DNA of 32,000 nt from Coprobacillaceae bacterium (GTDB lineage: Bacteria; Bacillota_I; Bacilli_A; Erysipelotrichales; Coprobacillaceae). The stretch is from assembly GCA_963675515.1 (NCBI GenBank), contig OY776328.1, positions 240,001 through 272,000 on the forward strand, in the 5' to 3' direction. The notes beneath the pieces were generated by a model. It had not been told where the DNA came from. It saw only the letters and a program-made list of their open reading frames with translations, and did not search any database. Shown piece by piece: positions 1 through 10,011 of this stretch (its first letter is position 1; each line of letters starts with the position of its first letter). The translations under genes were made by a program, and so were the position numbers.

Positions 1-263
1 CAGGCTTTACCGATGACGATTTCAAAACCATCATTCCGGATAGTTGGAACGCAGTCGACTAAGCTAAGTTTTACCAGCGGGCTGTTGACTTCGTTGGCAC
101 ATTCGCTTACCCTGGATCTTTTCCGATACAGCTTCGAATATTTGTGGTAGCAAAAGGCATTAAAAGAAACGTCATTGGCTAAGCACCATTTCTTGATTGG
201 TAAATCACTATTGGTGGCATCTTCGAAAAACTGATGCCACTGGTCCTGAGAATATTGATTCAT
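1..263 (-). CDS. IS66-family accessory protein (TnpA/orf1-like), N-terminal part; the gene continues past the left window edge
   Basis: Hand translation of the minus strand from ATG (263-261), with GGAGG at 274-270, gives MNQYSQDQWHQFFEDATNSDLPIKKWCLANDVSFNAFCYHKYSKLYRKRS...GFEIVIGKA. The frame is open to position 1. The pattern W..F....S.L....WC..N.[IV]S...F.Y is typical of the IS66 orf1 HTH. It is absent from the ORF track because the window truncates it. Confidence 0.45.
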   Translation of the reverse strand, partial: MNQYSQDQWHQFFEDATNSDLPIKKWCLANDVSFNAFCYHKYSKLYRKRSRVSECANEVNSPLVKLSLVDCVPTIRNDGFEIVIGKA

Positions 264-860
264 ATCACACCTCCAAGTTGATGTGATCATTGTATCAACA
301 AAAAGAAAGGAATCCTACCACCGCTCTATTTGGCGCGTACATTCAAACATGGTTGGGGTCTCGACAATATATCGCTCAGAAGTGAATTTCAAGTCGGATT
401 TCAATAATCAAAAATCCCGGGTCTATGAAATTGACGTATATAAGCTTTGCCTTTGGTAATTTGGGATCATTGGGACGGAGAACGATGAGGATATCAGGTC
501 TAAATGGAAGCTGTCCAGCTAATTCTATTGATGCGATCCGGACCTTTACAATGAGCTAATCGCTGGTTTGGTTCTTACATTCTGCCGAGGATGCAACTGG
601 AAGACTTTATACCCAAGCACCTCATGTGATATATAGTGAATTAGCTTCGCGAGAGCCTATCCAGCTTCCTGGCCATAATTACAACATCGAAGGCACCGTC
701 TACCTGACGAAAGTGGAATGCGGATAAAGACCAAAATCAGTTGAGACCAATAATTCTGGCTTCGCAAATTAATCTTGAGCTTTGGACAACGTACAAGACG
801 AAAAGAAAAGCTCCAATCGACATTTGAAGACGACCAGAGCGTTTGTAACGAAAGTGAATC

Positions 861-1370
861 TTATTTGTCGGTCGATCCCATGCCACCGTCTCTGACATTC
901 TCGCAAATGTCATCTTCAACAATTCCAAAAGGAAGGAATATTCCCTGTGCGAACCCCTGAAGCTTTTCGATTGACATTATCTTGCCCTCGTTGGAATCAT
1001 TGGTTATTTTGATGAAAATATGACCCTCGTTGCTTGAATCGTAGTAGTCGGCGTCAATTATCCCTACGGTATTGTTGAGCTGCAAGCGGAATTTGAAGCC
1101 CAGCCCGCTGCGGGGGAAGACACCAAGAAACCAGCCATCTCTGATTTGCACCCGGATCCCTGTGGGAATCTTTATCGTCTCCCCTGGAGCCAGGGAAAAG
1201 TTCAGCGGCGATAGAATATCGTAACCTGCCGATCCCTTGGTAGCTCTTTTTGGCAATTCCAGTATCTGATAAATTGACAAAGCTTCCTCCCGGGAAACTG
1301 GGAATGTGTCCAGATAATCAGTGACAAACCGCTCTTGTGACACAAATTCGAATTTTGCGACTCTTTCCAT
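861..1370 (-). CDS. dut: dUTP diphosphatase (trimeric dUTPase)
   Basis: 169-aa ORF carrying dUTPase motifs: GSAGYDI, PRSGLG, VGIIDADYY, and C-terminal GGMGST. Confidence 0.88.
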   Translation of the reverse strand: MERVAKFEFVSQERFVTDYLDTFPVSREEALSIYQILELPKRATKGSAGYDILSPLNFSLAPGETIKIPTGIRVQIRDGWFLGVFPRSGLGFKFRLQLNNTVGIIDADYYDSSNEGHIFIKITNDSNEGKIMSIEKLQGFAQGIFLPFGIVEDDICENVRDGGMGSTDK

Positions 1371-1597
1371 AATACAACCTCCTAGACTTGTTGTGCTATT
1401 TGAGATTCTACCATGAAACAGGTTTTATTGAAAGGCAGTGCTGTTGAAAAATTGAAATTGAGATTCAAACCGGCAGTAAATCCTTCTCAATTGCTGATAA
1501 AAATAGATTTTAGTTTAGTGCAATAATTGCGTAAAAGTATTAAAATCAAAGGTTGATTATGATATAATTTTTTAGATAGAATAACTTGGAGGTTATT

Positions 1598-2371
1598 ATG
1601 ACAAAAACGATAGCAATTACAAACCAAAAGGGCGGTGTTGGTAAGACCACTACGTGTGTAAACTTATCGGCAGCGTTATGCCGGTTAAAGTATAAAGTCC
1701 TCTTAATAGATACTGACCCTCAAGCGAATGCGACTCAGGGTATTGGAACGAACCGTGACGAATTGGAGCTGTCAACCTATGACATTTTGATGGGAAATGC
1801 CGACATCAATGACGTTATAAAGAAAACGTATATTGAAAACCTCGACATATGCCCGGCTTCAATCGAGCTTGCCGGAGCAGACATCGAACTTTCAAATGTG
1901 AAAGTGGGACGGGAGCAACGGTTGAAAAATGCGATCAAGGAATTGAAAAAGGAATATGATTACATCATCATCGATTGTCCTCCCGCATTGGGGCTTTTGA
2001 ACACGAACGCCTTGGCTGCATGCAACTCGGTTTTGATTCCGGTACAATGCGAATATTATGCATTGGAAGGACTGACACAGTTGTTAAATACGATCCTTCT
2101 GGCCCAGTCGGTATTCAACAAGGATCTGGCTATTGAAGGAATCCTGCTGACCATGCTTGACAGCCGAACCAACCTGGGAATCGAAGTCAGCCAGGAAGTG
2201 CGCAAATATTTCAAGGAAAAAGTTTACAAGACCGTCATTCCAAGAAATGTCCGCTTATCCGAGGCGCCTAGCCAGGGAGTAGCAATTTTCGATTACGATA
2301 ACCGCAGTGAAGGTGCAAAGGCATATTTGAAATTGGCTAAGGAGATGGTGAAACGCAATGGCAAAAAGTAA
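1598..2371 (+). CDS. soj: ParA/Soj chromosome-partitioning ATPase
   Basis: Deviant Walker A NQKGGVGKTT. Full-length ParA-like sequence. The ATG at 1598 follows GGAGG (1588-1592); the track's TTG start at 1586 lies inside the SD. Confidence 0.95.
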   Translation: MTKTIAITNQKGGVGKTTTCVNLSAALCRLKYKVLLIDTDPQANATQGIGTNRDELELSTYDILMGNADINDVIKKTYIENLDICPASIELAGADIELSNVKVGREQRLKNAIKELKKEYDYIIIDCPPALGLLNTNALAACNSVLIPVQCEYYALEGLTQLLNTILLAQSVFNKDLAIEGILLTMLDSRTNLGIEVSQEVRKYFKEKVYKTVIPRNVRLSEAPSQGVAIFDYDNRSEGAKAYLKLAKEMVKRNGKK

Positions 2372-3251
2372 GGGGCTTTCTAAAGGGTTAAATAATATTT
2401 TTGGGGGCGATATCGATCGTGTGATAAGTGACATTGAACAAGGTGTGAGCCAAAAGGGCAGCGACAATGTGCTTATCAGCGAAATCAGACCAAATCCATA
2501 CCAGCCAAGAAAAGTGTTCGATGAGACAAAGCTAAAAGAGCTGGCTATTTCAATCAAGGAACATGGAATATTCCAGCCGGTCCTGCTAAAAGAAGCGGTC
2601 AATGGCTATGAAATTGTGGCAGGAGAACGACGCTGTCGGGCGGCCAAAATGGCAGGATTGGAGAAAATCCCGGCAATCATTGTTGAAATAAGCGACAACG
2701 ATATGATGGAGATTGCCTTGCTTGAAAACATCCAGCGGGAAAATCTCAATGCAATTGAAGAAGCACGCGGATACAAGGTCCTGATGGAGCGATTGGCATT
2801 GACCCAGCAGGAGCTTTCAGACAAGATCGGAAAGAGTCGCAGCCATATCGCAAATTCCCTGCGGCTGCTGAACCTTGCTCCTGCAGTTCAGAGTATGGTA
2901 ATGGATGACAGGATCTCAATGGGGCATGCCCGGGCATTGGTGACAATTGATGGTGACAAAGCCGCCCAGATCGCATCACGGATCGTGGCCGAACACTTGT
3001 CAGTCAGGGATGTGGAAAACCTGATTAAACAGACGGACCCGGAAGAATCGGACAGCCCAAAACAACCTGACGTGGGCTCAAAACCGAAACCGGAATACAA
3101 GACTCAACAGCTTCAGTATGTTGAGAGTCTGATAAGGAAAAAATTCCAGACAAAAGTTGCTGTCAACAGCAACGCAATCACAATAAAGTATACTGATCTG
3201 GATGACCTGAATCGGATTCTTGAATTGATGGAAGTAATTGAAGAGAGTTAA
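2358..3251 (+). CDS. spo0J: ParB/Spo0J partition protein
   Basis: ParB box motifs: IRPNPYQPRK, GERRCRAAK, LLENIQRENLN, and an HTH (QQELSDKIGKSRSHIANSLRLL). Overlaps the end of parA. Confidence 0.95.
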   Translation: MAKSKGLSKGLNNIFGGDIDRVISDIEQGVSQKGSDNVLISEIRPNPYQPRKVFDETKLKELAISIKEHGIFQPVLLKEAVNGYEIVAGERRCRAAKMAGLEKIPAIIVEISDNDMMEIALLENIQRENLNAIEEARGYKVLMERLALTQQELSDKIGKSRSHIANSLRLLNLAPAVQSMVMDDRISMGHARALVTIDGDKAAQIASRIVAEHLSVRDVENLIKQTDPEESDSPKQPDVGSKPKPEYKTQQLQYVESLIRKKFQTKVAVNSNAITIKYTDLDDLNRILELMEVIEES

Positions 3252-3259
3252 TCGGACGG

Positions 3260-3296
3260 GAATATGTTATTGTTTGTAACATATTCTTGTTTTTTC
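3260..3296 (+). terminator. Intrinsic terminator after parB
   Basis: Perfect 10-bp stem GAATATGTTA / TAACATATTC with a 7-nt loop, followed by TTGTTTTTTC. Confidence 0.65.
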
Positions 3297-3364
3297 TTTT
3301 TCAAGGTCTATTATTGACAAATAAGCCAATATAAGTTACCTTCTAAAATATAAGGAGAACAGTT

Positions 3365-4255
3365 ATGGAGTTTCAAATTGAGAATTTGCATAAAAGTTTT
3401 GGAAGCAAAAAGGTTTTGCAAGGGGTTGACTTGCATGTGGCCTCCGGAGAAGCGTTGGGACTTCTTGGCCGCAATGGTGCCGGTAAGACGACAATCATCA
3501 GGATCATCCTGGATTTGTTCAACGGTGATCAGGGTGAAATCCTGATTGACGGAAAAAAGGTCGACCGCAATAAAATCAAGATCGGTTATTTGCCCGAAGA
3601 GCGAGGTCTATATCCCAAAAAGAAAATCTCTGAACAGCTTATCTATTTTGGCATGTTGAAGGGGATGACCAAAAAGGAGGCCTTGAATTCAATTAACCAC
3701 TACCTGGACCGCCTGGATATCATGAACTACAAAGATGCCAAGCTTGAAACATTGTCGAAGGGTAATCAACAGAAGATACAATTGATAGTTGCCTTGCTTG
3801 ACGATCCTGATATCGTGATATTGGATGAGCCTTTTTCCGGACTCGATCCGGTTACCGCGCAGATGCTCAAAGATATTGTGGTCGAGCTGATCGGGAGGCA
3901 AAAGATTGTTATTTTTTCCTCACATCAGATGAACTATATCGAAGAGTTCTGCAACAACATTGCTGTCTTGAACAAAGGTAGAATTGTCCTTGATGGAAAA
4001 ATTGATGAGATAAAGAGGTCTTACCCGCGCAACAAATTCAAAATAAAAACTGTGGATAATGACCTGGCAGCCACCAAGATATCCTTTCCAGCCAAGGTTG
4101 CTGGCCAGAATATAATAGTCGAACTGGAAGATGAAAGCCAGAGTATTGACTTGTTTAAGCAACTGGCATCAACAGATATCGTGATTGAGGGGTACAATGT
4201 CATTGAGCCTACCTTGAATGATATTTTTGTGGATTATACCAAGGAGGGGATTTAA
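3365..4255 (+). CDS. ABC transporter ATP-binding protein (ABC-2/NatA-like)
   Basis: Walker A GRNGAGKTT, signature LSKGNQQK, Walker B IVILDEP. Followed directly by a permease gene. Confidence 0.9.
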   Translation: MEFQIENLHKSFGSKKVLQGVDLHVASGEALGLLGRNGAGKTTIIRIILDLFNGDQGEILIDGKKVDRNKIKIGYLPEERGLYPKKKISEQLIYFGMLKGMTKKEALNSINHYLDRLDIMNYKDAKLETLSKGNQQKIQLIVALLDDPDIVILDEPFSGLDPVTAQMLKDIVVELIGRQKIVIFSSHQMNYIEEFCNNIAVLNKGRIVLDGKIDEIKRSYPRNKFKIKTVDNDLAATKISFPAKVAGQNIIVELEDESQSIDLFKQLASTDIVIEGYNVIEPTLNDIFVDYTKEGI

Positions 4256-5485
4256 ATGAGACAGTTTCTAGTTGTTTTCAAACACGAGTATATGACTTTT
4301 TTGAAAAACAAGGTATTTGTAGTGATGTCGGTAATTGGAATTGTCGGTATCCTTGTCCTGACCTCAATTCCCCGGTTCGCTGCGGCATTCGACTTTGGAT
4401 CAGGCGGTTCAGTCGATTCCGCTGAGAACATCGCCTTGGTGGACATGACCGGAAATGGAGAAACTACAAAGGCAATTATGGAAAGCGCCCTTGGTAATGT
4501 GGAAATCAGTTTAGAATCATATTCACGGACTGATCTGGAGACAAAGGTCAAGGAAGGCACTTATGATTGTGGCTTCATTATTGACAGTATCGACCATTAC
4601 AGCTATATTGTCAACAGCCAGGAAATGTATGATACCAAAAACCAGATCATGCAGGAGATCCTGAAAGTGCAATATCAAAGCTACCTGATGACACAAAACG
4701 GATTAAGTGTCGAGCAGGCCGGCAGTGTTATAAATGCAACAGTCACAGGCGATATCGTGAATATCGGGGTTGACCAGGCTCAGAATTTTCTCTTCACCTA
4801 TATTATGATCATGTTCTTGTATATTGTAATCATGATATACGGCCAGTTGATTGCCACAAATGTTGCCACTGAAAAGACATCGCGTGCAATGGAAATGCTT
4901 ATTACAAGCGCCAAGCCCAAAAGTCTGATGTTTGGAAAAATATTTGCCTCTGGATGTGCCGGTTTGACCCAGCTTATCTCGATCATAGGTGCCGGTTATT
5001 TGGGCTACCTTATCAACAAGGAATATCTGATGGAAGGATCATTTCTGCAAATCCTGAATGTATCCATACCAACCTTGATATTCGGGGTCCTGTTTTTCCT
5101 GCTTGGCTATTTTCTATACGCATTTCTTTATGGTGCCATCGGTTCGACAGTTTCAAAAATCGAGGACATTTCTCCTGCTGTCATGCCAGTGACGATATTA
5201 TTTGTCATCGGATTCATGATCACAATTTCCGGAACGAGTTCGGGAGATGTCGATTCAACTTTGGTCTTTGTGAGTTCGTTTATTCCTTTTTTTGCCCCTA
5301 TGGCAATGCTTGCAAGAATCGGGATGAGTGTCGTTCCGCCTTACCAGATCGCTATCACAATCGCATTGTTGTTGGCGAGTACCGCACTGATCGGATACAT
5401 GGCTACAAAAATCTACCGTCTTGGAGTCATGCACTATGGAAATCGTCTGAAAATCAAGGACTTGTTCAAGGCATTGAGGGGCTGA
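4256..5485 (+). CDS. ABC-2 family transporter permease (NatB-like)
   Basis: 409 aa. One N-terminal TM segment, a large extracytoplasmic loop, then about 5 C-terminal TM segments. Start is adjacent to the ATPase stop. Confidence 0.78.
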   Translation: MRQFLVVFKHEYMTFLKNKVFVVMSVIGIVGILVLTSIPRFAAAFDFGSGGSVDSAENIALVDMTGNGETTKAIMESALGNVEISLESYSRTDLETKVKEGTYDCGFIIDSIDHYSYIVNSQEMYDTKNQIMQEILKVQYQSYLMTQNGLSVEQAGSVINATVTGDIVNIGVDQAQNFLFTYIMIMFLYIVIMIYGQLIATNVATEKTSRAMEMLITSAKPKSLMFGKIFASGCAGLTQLISIIGAGYLGYLINKEYLMEGSFLQILNVSIPTLIFGVLFFLLGYFLYAFLYGAIGSTVSKIEDISPAVMPVTILFVIGFMITISGTSSGDVDSTLVFVSSFIPFFAPMAMLARIGMSVVPPYQIAITIALLLASTALIGYMATKIYRLGVMHYGNRLKIKDLFKALRG

Positions 5486-5595
5486 TTTGAGTAATTGAGC
5501 ACCTGAGCGTTTGATCTCATTCTCATTAATATTATAATAAGTAAAGTATACAAGATAAGGAGAACGTTTGAACACAGGTTTGAACAAAAAGAACA

Positions 5596-6261
5596 ATGAC
5601 AAATGAAGATATTTTGGCCCGCGTCGACCATACGTTGTTAAAGCCGACAGCCACATTTGAACAGATTGATCAGATAGCCAGGGAATCAATCGAATTCCAT
5701 ACGGCTTCGATATGCATCCCTCAGACTTATGTCAGAAGGATTCATGAACTTTATCAAGATCAAGTAAACATCTGCACTGTCATCGGATTTCCGCTAGGTT
5801 ACAATTCTACGGAATCGAAAATCAAGGAAGCCGAAGTTGCCATCAGTGATGGCGCGGACGAGATAGACATGGTGATAAACATCTGCGATGTGAAAAACCG
5901 GGAATACGCAAAAATCGAGGAAGAAATCAGGCAGATCAAAGATGCTTGCGGACCGAAGATACTGAAGGTGATCATTGAGACATGCTACCTTGACAATCAA
6001 GAGAAAATCGAATTGTGCCGTGTGGTCACCAACGCAAAGGCCGATTATATCAAAACATCAACCGGATTCGGTTCTGGTGGAGCTACTTTTGAAGATATCA
6101 AGCTCTTCAAAAAACACATCGGTCCAGATGTTAAAATCAAAGCGGCGGGGGGAATCAATACATATGCCGACCTGGAGGAGTTTGTCACTCTGGGCTGTGA
6201 CCGTTTGGGGACATCCCGGGCCATCAGCATAATCAAGGGGGTGAAAAGCTCAGGATATTGA
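5596..6261 (+). CDS. deoC: Deoxyribose-phosphate aldolase
   Basis: N-terminal VDHTLLKP, plus DMVINI, the Schiff-base region IKTSTGF, and KAAGGI. 221 aa. Confidence 0.92.
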   Translation: MTNEDILARVDHTLLKPTATFEQIDQIARESIEFHTASICIPQTYVRRIHELYQDQVNICTVIGFPLGYNSTESKIKEAEVAISDGADEIDMVINICDVKNREYAKIEEEIRQIKDACGPKILKVIIETCYLDNQEKIELCRVVTNAKADYIKTSTGFGSGGATFEDIKLFKKHIGPDVKIKAAGGINTYADLEEFVTLGCDRLGTSRAISIIKGVKSSGY

Positions 6262-6375
6262 TATATGTTAATATTCAGTTCATCAATCGGGACTATAATT
6301 GATTCATAAGGTAAAACTTATACCTCTCCCTTATTTTAATTGATCCATATAATAGCTGGCTGATTGATCAGCGAA

Positions 6376-6406
6376 AGATCGGACATGAGTTTCGGTCTTT
6401 TTTTTG
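6376..6406 (+). terminator. Putative intrinsic terminator after deoC
   Basis: 8-bp stem AGATCGGA / TTCGGTCT (two G-U pairs) followed by a T7-8 run. Confidence 0.5.
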
Positions 6407-6428
6407 CCTTAATTGGGAATGGGAGCAT

Positions 6429-6455
6429 AAAAAAACCAGCTTGATTTCAAGCTGG
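6429..6455 (-). terminator. Intrinsic terminator of the DUF4430 lipoprotein gene
   Basis: On the minus strand: CCAGCTT-GAAATC-AAGCTGG followed by TTTTTTT. Confidence 0.7.
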
Positions 6456-6469
6456 CAATCCATGTCGGT

Positions 6470-6847
6470 CTAATAACCTTGGTTTAAGGTCAAATTGTAA
6501 GTTGAACCATCAGCCAATTCAATGCCATCGGCACCGGTAGCGGCCATTTCACCATCGACGCTAATTCCCCACCAGTATTGGTTGGTCGCATCATCTTTGA
6601 TTCCGTCCACTTCATGGATATACATCCCATATTCGCTGTCTTCATAGACAACCAAGTCCTCAGCTTTCAAAAAATCAGCCAATGTAGCTTCGGTTGTTTG
6701 GTAATCAGTAGCTTCGGTGACGTTGTCGCGAACGCTAACAACCTCAAGTGTGATGTTTTTTTGATTGTCATCGGCAGTGTTTGAAGCGCAACCGAACAAA
6801 CCGAAAGACGATACCAACGTCAATAATAATGCATAAATCTTTTTCAT
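6470..6847 (-). CDS. DUF4430-type (transcobalamin-like) lipoprotein, probable corrinoid-binding surface protein
   Basis: Lipobox LFGC after an N-terminal signal peptide. The C-terminal pattern YWWGISVDGEMAATGADGIELADGSTYNLTL matches the DUF4430 signature. Directly preceded by a cobalamin riboswitch. Confidence 0.78.
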   Translation of the reverse strand: MKKIYALLLTLVSSFGLFGCASNTADDNQKNITLEVVSVRDNVTEATDYQTTEATLADFLKAEDLVVYEDSEYGMYIHEVDGIKDDATNQYWWGISVDGEMAATGADGIELADGSTYNLTLNQGY

Positions 6848-6885
6848 TCTCTATCTCCTTTAGACTATTCTTTTAAAAAGTATTC

Positions 6886-7003
6886 CGGCTTTGCTTCAAC
6901 GTTCTGCAACCTTCCCGGGAAAATCCCAGTGGTATTCAGCAGTTCTCCACATTACGGCGGCGGATCCGCTCAGGTTTCACACCTGATTCCAATTTTAAAA
7001 GGT
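6886..7003 (-). ncRNA. Cobalamin (B12) riboswitch
   Basis: The minus strand reads ...TGGAATCAGGTGTGAAACCTGAGCGGATCCGCCGCCGTAATGTGGAGAACTGCTGAATACCACTGGGATTTTCCCGGGAAGGTTGC. This contains the conserved GGAA..GGTG.GAA.CC...C.G..CCGCC.CCGTAA core and a B12-box-like CCACTGGG...CCGGGAAGG. A TATAAT (minus, 7015-7010) sits just upstream. Confidence 0.8.
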
Positions 7004-7055
7004 GAAATCATTATAGCGAATAATCGTTTCAAAAACAACAAATAACATAATATAT

Positions 7056-8030
7056 CTACTTTGATGTGAAATGCTTTATAATGGCGACATTGGCCGGTTT
7101 GGAGTTGAACGGCAGGACACAGCTAAAACCACCAATGAAATTATGGAAATCATTGTATTTTGCAGCCTCTTTCTCGATGGCAATTCTGGTATCGTTGGCA
7201 TCATTTTTCACGAATGCCTTGACCGGGGAAAGGTTACCTAGAACAAGGGATATTTTGGGAACGAATCCAAAAACCTTGGTCAGGTCGCTCTCATTGCCAA
7301 CGGAGATCAGATCCGGTTCCAATTTCATAAGACTTAGGTTAAGCTTGTCGATGTCATCGATGCAGCTATGAAAACCAAACAACATGTCTGACTGGCTTTG
7401 CTTGATGTTTAATATATGTCTTGTTGCATGATTTGTAATCTGCATGTTTGAAAGAAATTGCAGTGACGGTTCGCAAACGATATAGCCGTTAGAACCGCTT
7501 TTGCGAAGATCGTCGACATAGTTGATGATAAACTCGGTGGTTATTTTAAGGCACTTATCAAGTGTTCCCGGACTTTGAAGCAGTTCCTTGACCTTGTTGA
7601 ACGACAGGATCTGGCAAAGCAATGTGAAGGGTCCGGAAACAAAATTGAATACTGGCAAGTCATCATTATCGGCCAATTGCCTCGTTGCTTTAAGATGAGC
7701 CAGGTAACGACTCGTCTTGAGACTGGGAACCTGCTTTTCCAAAAACAGATCCAAACTGATCGGGGCAATGACCAAAGGAAGGGTTTTGATGTGGTATAGC
7801 ATCATGACATTGAAGCATTCGGCCTCGATAGTCAGATCCATCAATGGAAGATAAGCTGGCAGATCGAACTCCTTGGTTGCTTTTGTCGTTGCCTGGGCGA
7901 TCATTTCGCCCGAAGTCAGGGCGGAAGTGATCGAATATCCAAGATTATTGAGATAGTAGTTTGTTAAAAAAGGGAAGAGGTTGCAGGTGCTTTGAGTGTG
8001 TTTGAGCCAGGTATGTTTGTCAAAATTCAC
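7056..8030 (-). CDS. URO-D superfamily methyltransferase-like protein (MtaA/MtbA- or core-MetE-like)
   Basis: 324 aa with a URO-D/MtaA-like overall pattern. Retains a candidate Zn-ligand arrangement: H-x-C (GFHSCIDD) and a later Cys (GGFSCVLP). The GTG start overlaps the metG stop by 1 nt. Confidence 0.6.
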   Translation of the reverse strand: MNFDKHTWLKHTQSTCNLFPFLTNYYLNNLGYSITSALTSGEMIAQATTKATKEFDLPAYLPLMDLTIEAECFNVMMLYHIKTLPLVIAPISLDLFLEKQVPSLKTSRYLAHLKATRQLADNDDLPVFNFVSGPFTLLCQILSFNKVKELLQSPGTLDKCLKITTEFIINYVDDLRKSGSNGYIVCEPSLQFLSNMQITNHATRHILNIKQSQSDMLFGFHSCIDDIDKLNLSLMKLEPDLISVGNESDLTKVFGFVPKISLVLGNLSPVKAFVKNDANDTRIAIEKEAAKYNDFHNFIGGFSCVLPFNSKPANVAIIKHFTSK

Positions 8031-9955
8031 TATGATATTTTTGCTCCATTTGGAAGCTTGTCAAGCATTGGAACTTCGATCAACTTCTTTTGCACACCTG
8101 CTAGGATCATCCCTTGTGACTCGACTCCTCTAAGCTTGACCGGCTTGAGGTTCTTGACAACAATGACTTTCTTACCGATAAGATCTTCTGGCTCATAGAA
8201 GTCCGCAATGCCCGAAACAATCTGTCTTGTCTGGTCACCGATATTTATCTGGCTGACAAGCAATTTTTTTGCGTCAGGATGTTTCTCGCATCTTTCAATA
8301 GTCCCAACGACCAGCTCGATCTTTTTGAAATCGTCGATTGTGATCAGATCTTCTTCAGGCTGCGCAATTGGCTGTTTGCTTTTGTTCAACGCCTCAACTT
8401 TTGCATTGATTTCTTTCGGGTCGAGACGGGCGAACAGCACTTCAGGGTTCTTGGTTACGGTATTGCCAATTTCATAGCCGCCAAATTCGCTGATGCTTGA
8501 GAAATCGCGGTTGGTTGTATTTATCTGGTCAAGGATTGAAGTCGCACTTGATGGTATGTATGGGTACAATGCAATCGCACTAAACCGAATGGCCTCAATC
8601 AGATTGTAGATCACCGTTTGCAAACGGTCAGATTGGCTTTCGTCTTTGGCAAGCACCCAAGGAGTTGTCTCGTCGATGTATTTGTTTGTCCGGCGCAGGG
8701 CAACCATTATTTCATCAAGAGCCTTGGCGATTTTGAAATCGTCAGCGTATTCCTTGACTTTGGTCACCATGGCAGTCATCGTGTCTTTCAGTTCCTGGTC
8801 GACCGGCTCATCAACCTGAGGGTTTCCAACAACACCGTCGAAATACTTGTTGGCCATCGCAATCGTCCGATTCACGAGATTACCCAAGGTGTTAGCGAGG
8901 TCAGTGTTGATCTTTTCAATTACCAGTTCCCAAGTCAATGACCCATCATTGTCATAAGGTATTTCCGAAAGGACATAGTAACGGGTTGCATCAACGCCGA
9001 AGATGTCAACCAGATCATCGGCATAAATTACATTTCCCTTGGATTTCGACATTTTCGAATCTCCCTGAAGAAGCCAAGGGTGACCGAACACCTGTTTGGG
9101 CAGCGGGATATCCAAAGCCATCAGCATGATTGGCCAGTAGATGGTATGGAATCTGACAATGTCCTTACCGATAATATGGACATCGGCTGGCCAGTATTTC
9201 TTGTACAATTCGCCATGGTTGCCGTCCACGTCATAACCCAAACCAGTGATATAGTTCGATAGGGCATCGATCCATACATAGACAACATGCTTTGGATCAA
9301 AGTCGACAGGAATCGACCAGGTGAATGATGTCCGGGAAACGCAGAGGTCCTGGAGACCTGGCAAAAGGAAGTTGTTCATCATTTCGTTTTTGCGGGATAC
9401 CGGTTGGATGAATTCAGGATTGTCGTTGATGTGCTTGATCAAACGATCTGCGTACTTGGAAAGCTTGAAGAAGTACGCTTCTTCCTTGGCGTCTTCAACC
9501 GGACCGCCACAATCAGGGCAAGCTCCGTCATTCAACTGGCTTTCAGTGAAGAAAGATTCGCAGGCTTTGCAATATTTCCCTTCATAATGTCCCAGATATA
9601 TATCGCCTTGGTCATATAGTTTCTTGAAGATCTTCTGAACCTGCTTTTCGTGATATTTATCAGTTGTTCTGATAAAGTAATCATAAGAAGTGTCCATCCG
9701 GTCCCATATTCTTCTTACATCTTTGGCGATTTCGTCGACAAATTGTTGGGGTGGGACGTTTGCCGCTTTGGCCTTGTCCTCTATTTTTTGTCCGTGTTCA
9801 TCGGTTCCGGTCTGGAAATAGACGTTGTAACCTTCCTGGCGCTTGAACCTTGCAATGGCATCGGCCAAGATGATCTCGTATGTGTTGCCGATATGCGGTT
9901 TACCTGAAGTGTAGGTAATCGCGGTTGTTAAATAATAGTCATTAGCTGTTTTCAT
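8030..9955 (-). CDS. metG: Methionine--tRNA ligase with C-terminal tRNA-binding (EMAP/Trbp111-like) domain
   Basis: HIGH-type motif (KPHIGNTYE), KMSKS, a Cys-knuckle (CKACESFF...CPDCG), and a C-terminal tRNA-binding domain. 641 aa. Confidence 0.97.
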   Translation of the reverse strand: MKTANDYYLTTAITYTSGKPHIGNTYEIILADAIARFKRQEGYNVYFQTGTDEHGQKIEDKAKAANVPPQQFVDEIAKDVRRIWDRMDTSYDYFIRTTDKYHEKQVQKIFKKLYDQGDIYLGHYEGKYCKACESFFTESQLNDGACPDCGGPVEDAKEEAYFFKLSKYADRLIKHINDNPEFIQPVSRKNEMMNNFLLPGLQDLCVSRTSFTWSIPVDFDPKHVVYVWIDALSNYITGLGYDVDGNHGELYKKYWPADVHIIGKDIVRFHTIYWPIMLMALDIPLPKQVFGHPWLLQGDSKMSKSKGNVIYADDLVDIFGVDATRYYVLSEIPYDNDGSLTWELVIEKINTDLANTLGNLVNRTIAMANKYFDGVVGNPQVDEPVDQELKDTMTAMVTKVKEYADDFKIAKALDEIMVALRRTNKYIDETTPWVLAKDESQSDRLQTVIYNLIEAIRFSAIALYPYIPSSATSILDQINTTNRDFSSISEFGGYEIGNTVTKNPEVLFARLDPKEINAKVEALNKSKQPIAQPEEDLITIDDFKKIELVVGTIERCEKHPDAKKLLVSQINIGDQTRQIVSGIADFYEPEDLIGKKVIVVKNLKPVKLRGVESQGMILAGVQKKLIEVPMLDKLPNGAKIS

Positions 9956-10011
9956 GTTTGCTTAATGATTAATGGAAATAATCATTTTCCTTCCTATAGA
10001 TTAAAATTTTA

